Positions 49,115 through 60,269 of a stretch of DNA of 64,000 bases are shown one piece after another. The notes beneath the pieces are model-generated. The model had not been told where the DNA came from. It saw only the letters and a program-made list of their open reading frames with translations, and made no database searches. The DNA is from a virus (lineage: Duplodnaviria > Caudoviricetes). How positions within the stretch are numbered: position 1 is the stretch's first letter; each line of letters starts with the position of its first letter. A program made the position numbers and the translations under genes. Location: the IMG/VR virus record IMGVR_UViG_3300021400_000103; one strand, given 5' to 3'.

Positions 49115-50032
49115 TTAATTATTAAGTGCTTCTAAATACTTCTGTGCGTCTTCAACGGTCTTAAGTGCATTAGGATTTCCCAGACTCTTAACCGTCTGCA
49201 TTACTTTTTCAGATTTCTGTCCACCAAGTTCGGTACACTTTGCAATAATCTGTTTCTTAAGGGCGTCTAAATCATCGTTTGGAACATCTACTGGTTCAAC
49301 ATTCGTCTGAATTGGTGGTGCCTTGGGTGTTGGTACTGCTCCGCTATTACACCAATCGTAAAGTGCTTCACCGTCTTTTGCGTTAATCACGGAGTATCTG
49401 TCCATACCCCACAGACCCGTATTATCCTTGTCTGCATGGGCAACATGTGTATCCTGATCAAGCTGAAGCGAGAGCATTACCTCATATGTTATATCTTTAT
49501 CTGTCTGAGACCCAAGTCCAACCTTTTTAGGAACCTGCTTCCCATTCTTCTCTTCAAGTACCCATTCGTCCTTACCTCTTGCACTACAAAGAATGTGTGC
49601 AGGAGCATTCAAAATTTTTTCATTCAGCTTGTGATGTCTAGGTTTGAGTTTTGACCAATTGGTAAAACTATTACCTGGCATCTTATCATGAAGATCATTC
49701 ATAAATTTCCACTCATGCGTAAGACTATCCACAATAATCACTTTATATCCACCATCAACAGCTTCATCAATGGCTGCAATATATGACTCAGGTGAAAATT
49801 CTTTTAACTGTAGTAAGTCATAATCATAATAGTAATCACCATGCGGAGATTTCTTACCTGCATATAACTTATCTCTATCGCCCTCTGTTCCAATGTATGC
49901 AATTCGGCTACCAGATTTTCTAGCTAATCCAGTCGCCATTTCCAACATACTTTGTGTTTTGCCGCCGCCACTTGGGCTTACAAAAATAACTTTTCCATGA
50001 ACCTTTTCACGCATTGCTTTAACAAATGCCAT
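49115..50032 (-). CDS. Sak4-like (AAA_24) ssDNA-annealing ATPase
   Basis: SPSGGGKT, IIVDSLTHEW; adjacent to ssb. Confidence 0.8.
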   Translation of the reverse strand: MAFVKAMREKVHGKVIFVSPSGGGKTQSMLEMATGLARKSGSRIAYIGTEGDRDKLYAGKKSPHGDYYYDYDLLQLKEFSPESYIAAIDEAVDGGYKVIIVDSLTHEWKFMNDLHDKMPGNSFTNWSKLKPRHHKLNEKILNAPAHILCSARGKDEWVLEEKNGKQVPKKVGLGSQTDKDITYEVMLSLQLDQDTHVAHADKDNTGLWGMDRYSVINAKDGEALYDWCNSGAVPTPKAPPIQTNVEPVDVPNDDLDALKKQIIAKCTELGGQKSEKVMQTVKSLGNPNALKTVEDAQKYLEALNN

Positions 50033-50206
50033 TATTTATTTCCTCCTTATCAATGCACATAATCCCGCCAATTATTGGCGAAATAACCACCATTACCATT
50101 CTTGTCTTTATTAATCTGAGTTATTCCACGCTGCTTCATACGCCAACGTGCAATGTTACGATCAATCTTTCTGTCGTGTTTTGTGACCAGCTTGCGCTGA
50201 TTATTC

Positions 50207-51151
50207 TTACCGAATTCTTCCATTTGACTCCTCCTGTAAAATTGGATACGCCATACCTATAAGTTCCTTGATCTGCGGATGTGGTCTGCCGGTTGTACCG
50301 TGATACCTAAGATCCACAATGTGTTGCCATTCTTCTTCCGTAGCGGTAACTACTATCTCTGTCTTCAGATCCAACGGTAGTACACCCCTCGCTATCTCTG
50401 CTGGAATGCCACCCTTGCGCAGATTCATATACTGTGTCTCAGCCATCAACATTGCATAGTGCCAGTTCTCATAGTTTAAGATATCTGTCGCATGTATATC
50501 CGGCGCAATCACCGTAATCTGATGATCATTTTTATCGTTACCATAGTCCACATACCTCGTCGATTCCTGGCTAAAGACTATATTGGCTCGATGGCGAGTC
50601 AATTCATTGGCTACAGCTCTGTTTGTAACAAACTTGAATGTATGTGGAATCATTCTCATCTTGTCACCAACATACTCGTCACTTCTTTCGATTTCTTTCC
50701 TATCCGCAACGATTAGTTTCGGGCTGTCCTGATCAATAAAAATCGGAGTGTCTTCTTTAAAAACTTCAGGGTATTTAACATGGAGCAATGCTTTCATCTT
50801 ATTTATTGGATAATAATTCTGTCGCTCGAACAGCTCCAAAAACGCCCTAAATGACCCAGAGATATAATTAGCGCCACATTGTATATACCGCAGGTCTTCC
50901 GGCAAAGCACCAGCTATGAATTGCTCCATCAAATAATCATCCAGCCAAAAATAAACATATTCATGTTCCAATGTGGTAAGATGCTTATTCGCAGCCAAAG
51001 ATGTAACCATCTTAACAGCTGATTCGTCTGTGATCTTATCCTCGGATTTATAACAAGTACGGGCGCATTTTTCTATAAATTTGTATGGGTCAATATCGTG
51101 CTTAAACAATTCAACAGATTGTCTTGAAATCTTCAACCTTGTTTCCTCCAA
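50207..51151 (-). CDS. thyX: Flavin-dependent thymidylate synthase
   Basis: ARTCYKS, LEH, ELTRHR....SQESTRY, ARGVLP. Confidence 0.93.
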   Translation of the reverse strand: MEETRLKISRQSVELFKHDIDPYKFIEKCARTCYKSEDKITDESAVKMVTSLAANKHLTTLEHEYVYFWLDDYLMEQFIAGALPEDLRYIQCGANYISGSFRAFLELFERQNYYPINKMKALLHVKYPEVFKEDTPIFIDQDSPKLIVADRKEIERSDEYVGDKMRMIPHTFKFVTNRAVANELTRHRANIVFSQESTRYVDYGNDKNDHQITVIAPDIHATDILNYENWHYAMLMAETQYMNLRKGGIPAEIARGVLPLDLKTEIVVTATEEEWQHIVDLRYHGTTGRPHPQIKELIGMAYPILQEESNGRIR

Positions 51152-51395
51152 TGGTTAGTTACTGTCAGTAATCATAATATTTTTGATCGGCATTAATATA
51201 TAAATACCGATCTAGACTTATTGGTATATCAACCAACTTTGCTTTATTTCCACAGATTGGACAACGTTTATTTGTAACGTTTCCGACTGATTCTTTAAAA
51301 TCAAACACATGCCCTTCACAACAAAACATGCGTTGTTGTTTCCATTGTTCATTACTCACTGTTCATCGGCTACCTCCTTTCTTCAGGTTCTATCG

Positions 51396-51478
51396 TGCAC
51401 CCGGCGGGACTCGAACCCGCACGGTCAAAGACCCCGGGATTTTAAGTCCCGTGCGGCTGCCAATTACGCCACAGGTGC
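51396..51478 (-). tRNA. tRNA-Leu(TAA)
   Basis: CGGGA-CTTAAAA-TCCCG; variable arm. Confidence 0.93.
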
Positions 51479-51499
51479 GTATCTATCTCGGACACTATC

Positions 51500-51529
51500 A
51501 TCATATCATAGTCTCGCGCATATTGTCAA
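51500..51529 (-). promoter_or_regulatory. sigmaA promoter for tRNA-Leu and replication genes
   Basis: TTGACA-N18-TATGAT with extended TG. Confidence 0.6.
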
Positions 51530-51558
51530 GTATTAGTTCATGGCTTTTTCGAAAAAAC

Positions 51559-51587
51559 GTTCTGCCCACCATTTGGATGGGCAGAAA
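51559..51587 (-). terminator. Terminator after the MrpR-like gene
   Basis: ttctgccca...tgggcagaa hairpin, T-run on the minus strand. Confidence 0.55.
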
Positions 51588-51593
51588 TAATAC

Positions 51594-52517
51594 TTATTGC
51601 TTTAGAAAATCACCATACTTCATCATGAATCTAGCTTTTGTTGATCGTGGTATTGAGTAATATTTCAGTAATTCTTTCCACAGATCCGGCTCAAATAACA
51701 CATCTTTTGCTGTCACTTTATGCTCATCCGCCATCTGATTAATTTTATCAATCATTCCGCTGGTATATAGACTGTTGGTAGATATAACACCATCAAAACC
51801 CATCTCATCAAAGGCTCTTCGGAACGCTCTAATACAATTCGTATACAACTGTTCGGGAGTTTTAAATTCCGTAGGTGTCTCTGTTGATTTAACAATGACT
51901 TTACCATACAAGTCATGTAAATTTGGATTTCCAATATATACGCTTTGTTCGTTTGCTTTAAACGCCAGATCAATTAACACTGGAGACACGCTTCTAACAA
52001 TACCATTTGGCAGCTTGACCGTCTTATTTTCTACATTAAAGTCTTCGATGTGTAGACTAAGCATATCGCTAAACTTCTTTCCACGAATCCCTTCATATAC
52101 ACACATCACCATAAACCGGTCTCTTGGATTCTTGATATTTCCAACGCTCTTCTCTACAACTTCACGAGTTAAGATGCTCATCTTGATCTGTAACTGATTA
52201 ACGCATTGATATATCTCCTGGTGAGTAAAGTCAGCAAAATGATTCATGCCATCGTCTACTAAATTATTTCGCATTGCCCAATATACATAATTCTTCAGGT
52301 TGATATGATGTACTAATAACGTCTCAAACGATTTATAGTTTTGATATTTATGAGCTTCAAAAATATCCGATTTTGTAAAATTATATAAGTCTTTTCCTTT
52401 ACTAGATTCAATTGGTTCATATCTATCAAACGTCAATGGCCAGTAGTTGTCAGGGTATTTCTTTATATCAATCTCACTCAAAAACCGTTGTTTCTGTTCC
52501 TCATTGTACATTTTCAT
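51594..52517 (-). CDS. Degenerate tyrosine-recombinase-fold protein, SPbeta MrpR(YopR)-like repressor
   Basis: MYNEEQK.RFL start, KDLYNF, NPRD.F...YEGI.G, SLY.SG; HxxR motif absent. Confidence 0.65.
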   Translation of the reverse strand: MKMYNEEQKQRFLSEIDIKKYPDNYWPLTFDRYEPIESSKGKDLYNFTKSDIFEAHKYQNYKSFETLLVHHINLKNYVYWAMRNNLVDDGMNHFADFTHQEIYQCVNQLQIKMSILTREVVEKSVGNIKNPRDRFMVMCVYEGIRGKKFSDMLSLHIEDFNVENKTVKLPNGIVRSVSPVLIDLAFKANEQSVYIGNPNLHDLYGKVIVKSTETPTEFKTPEQLYTNCIRAFRRAFDEMGFDGVISTNSLYTSGMIDKINQMADEHKVTAKDVLFEPDLWKELLKYYSIPRSTKARFMMKYGDFLKQ

Positions 52518-53638
52518 ACCTTTTCACCGCCTTCCTGCGGGACAGATATGCCTCCAAAAATACCCATTATCTGCTCATCCGTCCACCTTTCATCTTTTAA
52601 CTCTGGGTTGTCATATATCGTTTGTCGTAAGTGCTGCGTTAATAGATTCTTAAATTTGATTTTTTGTATCGATGTCCATTTCTTTTTCGGTAGCACCCTA
52701 GACAATGCTTTAGATGCTACCCCAAGCCTGACGAGTCCTTCTTTCATATTAATCTTGCCGTGTAATTCCGGTATATCATAGCCTTGATTAATCTCCTGAA
52801 GCAGGAGGTTACATTCATTTCTCTGATCATATCCGGCACTATCGATCCTGCGCATTTTTGTTTTTTGGTCTTCTTGATGGATAAACTGTTTAGCCCTGGA
52901 TTCATCAAAGGCAATCAGTCGAACCTCTATCGTCATATCAAAGCTATGATCTTCATCATACACTCGTTCGAACGCCTTTAGTCTGTGGTACCCATCGACA
53001 ATGTCTATACAGCGTAACCTATTAATACACATTATCTTATTTTTATGATCATAATCAAATGGCTTCTCGTCACCCTCGTATGGTATTAAGTTGAGTGTAA
53101 TCGTATTGGGAATAAAATCTCCATCCTTAATGAGATTATAGATTTTTTGAACAGCTGTCTGGTTAACAAATGGTTTATATGTTATTTCTTCTCCACGAAT
53201 CATCACTTGTAGTGCCCTTTGCGTATCGGCATTATACCTGATCAATCCCGCATCTCTAAGCTTCATCAGATCAGCAATTTTTAATATTCCAATCCATTGA
53301 TCATAACGTACTTCATGCGCGGGTACATTTATTGGCAAAACAGGATCCTTCTTGATGTATTTTAAACCCTTAAATTGTCTAACTTCACGATCTGTAAAGA
53401 ACTCCGGTACAAGCGTTTTATCGAGTTCATTACAAAACCAATAGTTTTCTAACTCATTAAAACTGGATAGACTTTTTCTGCCAGACACAATATCCGAGAT
53501 GATATCAACCGGGAGATTATATTTTTGAATTAACCGGTCTCGAAATTCGTCAAAGTTTTCCTTTGTGTTACCTACTTTATATAATCGTTTTTGCAGCTTG
53601 AGTTGCAACTCGTACTTATCTCTTAACATTCGCACCAC
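52514..53638 (-). CDS. DndB-like/DGQHR (ParB-Srx fold) protein
   Basis: YN..TQR, PNTITLN, IVDGYHRL, FI.QED. Confidence 0.65.
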   Translation of the reverse strand: MVRMLRDKYELQLKLQKRLYKVGNTKENFDEFRDRLIQKYNLPVDIISDIVSGRKSLSSFNELENYWFCNELDKTLVPEFFTDREVRQFKGLKYIKKDPVLPINVPAHEVRYDQWIGILKIADLMKLRDAGLIRYNADTQRALQVMIRGEEITYKPFVNQTAVQKIYNLIKDGDFIPNTITLNLIPYEGDEKPFDYDHKNKIMCINRLRCIDIVDGYHRLKAFERVYDEDHSFDMTIEVRLIAFDESRAKQFIHQEDQKTKMRRIDSAGYDQRNECNLLLQEINQGYDIPELHGKINMKEGLVRLGVASKALSRVLPKKKWTSIQKIKFKNLLTQHLRQTIYDNPELKDERWTDEQIMGIFGGISVPQEGGEKV

Positions 53639-53674
53639 CTCCTTTCGGTTAGTCCTCTCTGTTTAGTTACTTGC

Positions 53675-53703
53675 ATTATACAATAAAATCGTCACAATGT
53701 CAA
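53675..53703 (-). promoter_or_regulatory. Perfect-consensus sigmaA promoter of the DndB-like/MrpR-like operon
   Basis: TTGACA-N17-TATAAT. Confidence 0.85.
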
Positions 53704-53741
53704 AAGGAATGTGCCATAATTATGACACATCCCTTTGTGCA

Positions 53742-53939
53742 TTATGTACGAATACCGTGTTCTTTATACATTCTCCTGATCAACATGTCGTGGCAATTTC
53801 TCGGCAAAATGAAGGTGTCGTTGGTTTCCTGTTTCTTATAGATAAAGTGCCTGTTCTGCCTTTCCAACACATATCCGTTATCTCGCAATGTCCTTTGTAC
53901 ATCTCTTAGGGATATTGATCCCTTACCTTTTGAGGCCAA
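53742..53939 (-). CDS. HicA-like toxin fold protein (solo)
   Basis: RDV.R.L.DNGY.L.RQ..H.IYK pattern, basic, 65 aa. Confidence 0.6.
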   Translation of the reverse strand: MASKGKGSISLRDVQRTLRDNGYVLERQNRHFIYKKQETNDTFILPRNCHDMLIRRMYKEHGIRT

Positions 53940-54342
53940 TATTCACACCACCTTTTCCGTCGTATAGTTTATAATACTACTCACTCTCTTCCCATTCTGC
54001 TGGATTATACTGCATACTCAGCCATACCAAGAACGAGATAATGCTATTCCTGCCTTTACTTTGCCAGCTTCCGTCGGGATATGTCCATCTCTCAAACATC
54101 CAAATAGACGGATTATTCTCTATGATTTTTCCATTATGGTCTCCTTTTGCCATATTTCCTCTATTTGGAGATGCCGACTCTGCCCATGTACTCCATGCTC
54201 CGTATATTCTATCTGAGAACAAAGGAGGACGATCCTTAGGTTTCATGGCATGAGGGAATATATAATAAGCAAGATCTCTTTCAGATATGTTGTTTTTGAT
54301 ATACTCATAGTTTGTCATATGATCTCCCATCAAACTATTCTT

Positions 54343-54510
54343 TTATTCTCTTTGCTCTGGTGGAATCAATGAAACCGCCTCATATTCCTTTTGATGAATG
54401 CATTTTTTAGCATCGCAACACCATTCCCACCAAATATCTTCAACATAGCTTTTTTCACAACTAACACATGGTTCAACCACTAAATATTCATCATCTGTGA
54501 GTATGTTCAT
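54343..54510 (-). CDS. 55-aa Cys-rich hypothetical protein (not in ORF track)
   Basis: MNILTDDEYLVVEPCVSCEKSYVEDIWWEWCCDAKKCIHQ...; bounded by two repeats. Confidence 0.6.
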   Translation of the reverse strand: MNILTDDEYLVVEPCVSCEKSYVEDIWWEWCCDAKKCIHQKEYEAVSLIPPEQRE

Positions 54511-56024
54511 ATCTAACTCCCATCAAACTTTGTTTTTATGCACTGTACTCCACAACTCTATCCATCCCTTTAAATTTAATTCTTATCTTTACGGGGACTC
54601 CATCAGGTATGCTCCCCTTAGATTTATACACTCCTACAATCTCAGCTGTTTCTAATGATTTATGATTTTTTTCGCATTCTTTAGCTTTTTCTTTATCCGC
54701 ATAATCGGTTTTACAAATATCACAAGTATATAATTTCTTTTCGGTCATAATATCCTCCTGTCAAATATCTTCTTTATAACATTTTTGTCTTTGTATCCTA
54801 ACCCATTTAACCGCATCCTTGCATTGATTACATACTTTTGAATCAATATGCAATCCTTTTTTATATCTCTCAAATTCATCATTAGAAAATAAAACTGGTT
54901 CTCCACATATAATACAAGAAGTCCCTATTGTATCTCCATTATTGACCACTTTTTGATGCGACATTACATATTTCATTAATAAACCTCCTATCAAAAGTAG
55001 TTTTTATTTAAAAGTCTAAAGCAACCCCTTAACCGTCTATTTTACCCTTAAAATCCTAAAATAGCCTTATTAAAACAAAAAATCTGTTTTAATGTCATTT
55101 TCTTCTTAATATCTTATTGTCGTCGGCATATGCGGTACTATGTATTTAAAGTTATCGACTTCTTCCTCAACCATCCGGTCATACGTCAATATAACAGTAT
55201 CTCCCCACCACACCTTCGGATCATAGAATTTAATTTGGCGACCATCTACTTCAAATGCCTTAATAATTTGGGTTTTACCATGTGAATTCTTTTTGGTGAT
55301 AACAATATCTCCTACCGGTGTATGTTCCGTATACACCGTAAAATTAGTAGGCACACGATGTGTTTCAACTGTGTTCATTTTTACTTCTCGTTTAGGTTTT
55401 TCTAAATTACGGGTTCCAACCTCCCATTTATATCGACACGCCTGACATGCGAAACGAATATATGTCGTTTTTTGTATGGTTAATTCTTGCGATCTGCATG
55501 TATGCCACACGGGTTCTTGGTTTGTGCTTTCACTAATTGCAATACCAGGTGTTCCACATATTGGACACTCTGTTGCTGATTCCGTAACTTTCCACCCTGG
55601 AATAGGAGGAATATATCGTTCAAAGTTTTCTTTTTGCTCTTCTGGAGTAGGACAAAATATCCTTCTAAAATCATTAGTCATCTCATATTCTCCTATCAAA
55701 AATTACTTTTATGCTTTTAAAATTATACAAGATATATCAGGATCATACTCACACGACACACCTTTATATTTTGCAACGATACCTTTAGACTTATCTATTG
55801 ATTTTTCATTGATCCAATCATATGAAGTTGTAATTAACTCAATAAAATTTCTACCAATAATCATATGTGGTTCTACACCATACTCTGCCTCGAAATCATA
55901 AATGGCTTTATTAACATCATATTCCCAAAATGAATTGTCTTTAATTTCTACTATTTGTGTCATACAATTTTCTCCTTATAGTCAACGAAAGATCCAAACA
56001 TACCTTATTATCTATTCCCTTACA

Positions 56025-56549
56025 TCATTCACCAACAACCTCTATTTGACAGCTTTTCATCACTTCAAGTGCAGCCTTATGCTTCTCCGGTGTAGTACCT
56101 GCACAGCAGGAAGCATCAACAATGATGTTATTCTCTGGGAAGCAAGTCTTTAAGATAAGTGCGTTTGTGATTACACAAATATCCGTGCAAAGACCGATTA
56201 TCTCAATGTCCGAATCCTCAAAATTGATAAGATCATTTTCAAGCCAAGACCTGGAACCAAAGGTAGACTTCATACACACAACGTACTCATAGTCCGTAGG
56301 AAGTAGATCAGTAGGAATCTTATGACCATCTGATCCTACAATACAGTGCGGAACCGGCAGATGCCTACCTTCATTCGTTTCCAAGTAATCTTCATAATGA
56401 GTATCTTGTGTAAACACAATATCCCACTTGTTGTCTACATATTCTTTAATCTTCTTTTTAACATTAGGGATGATAGCAATCGCTTCATCTGTACCAAGCG
56501 CACCATCAATAAAATCTTTCTGCATATCAATAACAACTAATGTTTTCAT
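56025..56549 (-). CDS. pncA: Nicotinamidase/isochorismatase-family cysteine hydrolase
   Basis: VIDMQ.DF..GAL, T.DTH, P.HC, K.TFGS, GLCTDICV. Confidence 0.85.
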   Translation of the reverse strand: MKTLVVIDMQKDFIDGALGTDEAIAIIPNVKKKIKEYVDNKWDIVFTQDTHYEDYLETNEGRHLPVPHCIVGSDGHKIPTDLLPTDYEYVVCMKSTFGSRSWLENDLINFEDSDIEIIGLCTDICVITNALILKTCFPENNIIVDASCCAGTTPEKHKAALEVMKSCQIEVVGE

Positions 56550-57006
56550 ATTATTACACCTCGTACAATGTTTACTTTATTTTTCTGTTTCCTTTAATAT
56601 CTTAAATAACTCCTGTGATATCTGATATTCCTTACTATACTCATTACCTCTGTATTTCAAACTATCAGCATAATCGTATATTTTTGATCGCAATGCCGGT
56701 TTTTCGGTCTGATGAAACATATACTCTTTCATCTTGTCTATGTAACCTTGGTTAATTTCTATAACCGCATCCTTATACATCTTGGATACTTTCTTTTCCG
56801 TGCTTTCCATAGCGTCTTTAATTATATCTGTCATGTCAGGCGGATACAGAAGATAGTTACTATATGATTCTAGGTCGCTTTCAGCCTGATCTAAAATCAG
56901 CTTAACAAGACCTTTCTTTAAATCTTCTACATTTTCTTCTCCCAAGAGATATATTAATCCGTTTATTTTATCCATTTATTTCTCCTCCAATCAAAAGTTT
57001 ATTTTA

Positions 57007-57159
57007 TTATTCCATATACTCTTCTTCACTATATTCAGCCCAATCTCCTACATCAAAATATCCGCCAGTAACCCAATATACAAATCTTTCCATCCAATTG
57101 TAGAGTTCAACTCCATTATTAGAGTTTATTATTTCTATTAATTTTTCTAAATTCGTCAT
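57007..57159 (-). CDS. 50-aa hypothetical protein, copy A (not in ORF track)
   Basis: MTNLEKLIEIINSNNGVELYNWMERFVYWVTGGYFDVGDWAEYSEEEYME. Confidence 0.75.
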   Translation of the reverse strand: MTNLEKLIEIINSNNGVELYNWMERFVYWVTGGYFDVGDWAEYSEEEYME

Positions 57160-58269
57160 GTTTATCCTCCTATTATAAAAATTTTATTTAAATATGTTAT
57201 ATGTGACATATTTTTATCAAATATGTTTTATATAACATATTGCCAACGTCAGCAAAATGATATGATTTGCCGACATATCCTAGCCCACCAAGGACAGTAC
57301 CGGATTCAAACAGATCCACCATAAGTCTCAACAACACCGCCCCTGGCATGATGGATATGGCAGTATGATAAAAGTAGTTTGTCTGAAATGAACAAACAAG
57401 TTTCATACACTTCATAAAGAATTAATCATAATGTTAATCTCCTATAAAAGTTCTATTTTATTTTTCATAATAATCACATGGATCATCACTAAACTTTCCA
57501 AGATGATGATACATATCTTTATGACTACAGAATAATCCCCAATCACTACCTCCAGAATAATATTTACAGTTATAACAAATATCGTATCCAGATAAGTCTT
57601 TATTGTGTAAAGTACAATTATGCTCTTTATCTGCTTTAACGACATAATGTGATAGTGTACAACAAGCCACATTAACTTGTTTACTTTTTATCTCATAAGA
57701 AGACTGTTGACAATATTTACAAGTTTCACATTTCATATTATCTATCCTCCTTAAATCGCACAAGCCATGTACCATAGTTTGGTTCATACTCAACCGACTC
57801 GCACTGTTTTATTAATTCAGATACTGTGTATGTATCACATAGTTTTACACGAAACCGAGACCCATAACACATACCAACGACAAGGAATACTACACCAAAT
57901 GGGAGCGCAGGAATCCCAATCGCGGACAATTCACTTTTAAATATGATAAGGATTATAAACAAAATAATCCCAATTATTAATAGAACCAATCCAAATATCC
58001 ACATCCAATCGTAGTTAATTTCTTTTATTATCTCCATCAGTATTTTTCCTCTCTTTCGCAATCAATCCATCATTATACCCACTCAAATAAGCCAAGTCAT
58101 ATAGCCGATTTGCGTATGTTTCCCAGTCATCTGTAGGTGGTTTTAATTCAGATGTCGCTTTCTGTTTTTCAAGTGTTTTGATAGCTAGATCTAGTAACAT
58201 TTGAATTAGAATATTTATTGCATATTCTTCGTTTGACATTCGTCTGCCTCCCATCGAAAGTTTACTTTA

Positions 58270-58425
58270 TTATTCCACATACTCTTCTTCGCTATATTTT
58301 GCCCATTGTCCTGGGTCAAAATATCCGCCTGGATCAAACCAATACGCAAATTTTTCCATCCAATTGTAGAGTTCAACTCCATTATTGGACTTCATTATTT
58401 CAATTAATTTTTCTAGATTTGTCAT
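58270..58425 (-). CDS. 51-aa hypothetical protein, copy B (not in ORF track)
   Basis: MTNLEKLIEIMKSNNGVELYNWMEKFAYWFDPGGYFDPGQWAKYSEEEYVE. Confidence 0.75.
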   Translation of the reverse strand: MTNLEKLIEIMKSNNGVELYNWMEKFAYWFDPGGYFDPGQWAKYSEEEYVE

Positions 58426-58726
58426 GTGCTTATCCTCATAAAAACTCTATTTATCTTTATATACTTTGCCAAGATAATAACGCAAATATCATATTTGCTT
58501 TTTTTTATTGGTTTTCTGCCCCAGTCCATACCCAAGATTATGAAGTTGCTGTATAGCTACATCCCTCTCCCATTCAATCTGCTCGAAAGCACCTATGTAG
58601 GTTTTTAAATCCTGCATATATTCCATAAGCTGAACTTTGGAATCAGACTTCGGATCTTCAATATAGAAGCGTATTCTTTCTAACCACTCATAAACCTCTT
58701 TTGGACTATGCATATCTGGCCTCCAA

Positions 58727-59275
58727 TTAAAATTTCATTGTATAAACAATATTATGTCTGTTAATTAACTCGCTTATCTGATCCACCAAGGATTTACATT
58801 CATCTTCAACGTATTCTTTAGAACGTACAGGATAATCATCTAGATATTCACTCTCAAATTTGATTCTTCTCTGTACATTCGGATCATCACCCCAATATCT
58901 CGCCATTAATTCAAAATCTTTACCGTCCCCATAATGACCACAATCAAATCCTAGCCACCACAAATTACTTTCCACAGGATAAGTACCATTATTATCATCC
59001 GAATAAGTTAATCCACCATGAACATTGAAATATGCATCCATTCTTATTCTGTCATCATCGTCAAATGCTGCGAAAAATATCGGCAGAATACCTCGATTAC
59101 CTATTTCTTCGCCATCTAATTCAGCCTTTGGGATATCTAAGTAATCTGTAAATCCCTTTTTATATAATGGATGCCCTGGTTTGATACCTACATATCCGCA
59201 GCGATGTCCCATACCACCAAAGATAACTACACATCTGTAACCCTTATATGTAAAATCTGATTCTACCTTATACAT
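58727..59275 (-). CDS. Conserved phage hypothetical protein
   Basis: GHRCGYV, VHGGLTY, WW.GFDC.H motifs. Confidence 0.6.
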   Translation of the reverse strand: MYKVESDFTYKGYRCVVIFGGMGHRCGYVGIKPGHPLYKKGFTDYLDIPKAELDGEEIGNRGILPIFFAAFDDDDRIRMDAYFNVHGGLTYSDDNNGTYPVESNLWWLGFDCGHYGDGKDFELMARYWGDDPNVQRRIKFESEYLDDYPVRSKEYVEDECKSLVDQISELINRHNIVYTMKF

Positions 59276-60269
59276 TTAATCTCTTATATTACCTCCTTCT
59301 ACCAAATCCTACTACAATATCCGAACCACAGATATCACAATGAATAAAACAATAGCCAGTTTCTTTTTCATACTCTGTTAATTCATTTCGATCAATAACC
59401 AATCCATATCTTAAATCTTTTGGACACCGACAGATGGCGTATATGTATCTATCATATTTAAGTTGGCCTAATAATTGTGGTTTTGTATGATGATATTTCA
59501 TATTAATCTCCTATAAAACTCTGATTTAACTGTTTGCAATAGATGCTATATTAGATTCAATTTTCTTATATGTGTCATTTGCCATAAGAATGTTTAGAAC
59601 TGACTGACTTAACATATTTCTAGTGCTTTCATCAAACACAGTCTTAACATTTTTATTGATTTCTTGACGTATCTTATCAACTTCTTTATCTAAATATGCT
59701 TTTACCTCATTGTCTATCCCACAATTAGCTCTAATATATTCATCAAAAGAATATTCATCTGTTTTAATGTCATATTTATCTGAGTAACGATTCTTCGCTA
59801 CGGACTTTACAACCTTAAATTTGCCATTATTTATAATATTTTTCATACATCTTTTTACATATTGGATAAATGTCAGTTCTTCTTTTGGCGTATCATCCCA
59901 AATTAAATCTCCGCCAATAGTAATTTTTTCTGTATTCATATAATCTTCTATGATTTCCTTTATGATTTCCCCAGTCTGCAGCTGTATTTTTTCATGAATA
60001 TCCGCTAAACATTCTTCCTTTATTTGATTAATTACTTCTCGATATAAGTTTTCTTTAAGACTCCGAACAACGGCAGTAACAATACCATTAGCAAAATTTT
60101 CAGTGTTGAAATTTATATTGATAATTCCATTACTATTTTCTGTACTTGTATTTTCCATACCGTCCATCTCCTCCATTTCCTCCTGAGTTGGTTCATAATC
60201 TTCATCGTAATACATATGTATATCCTCCAATAAAAATTCAGTTTTATTGCCTTTCGAAGTTTTTAATTA

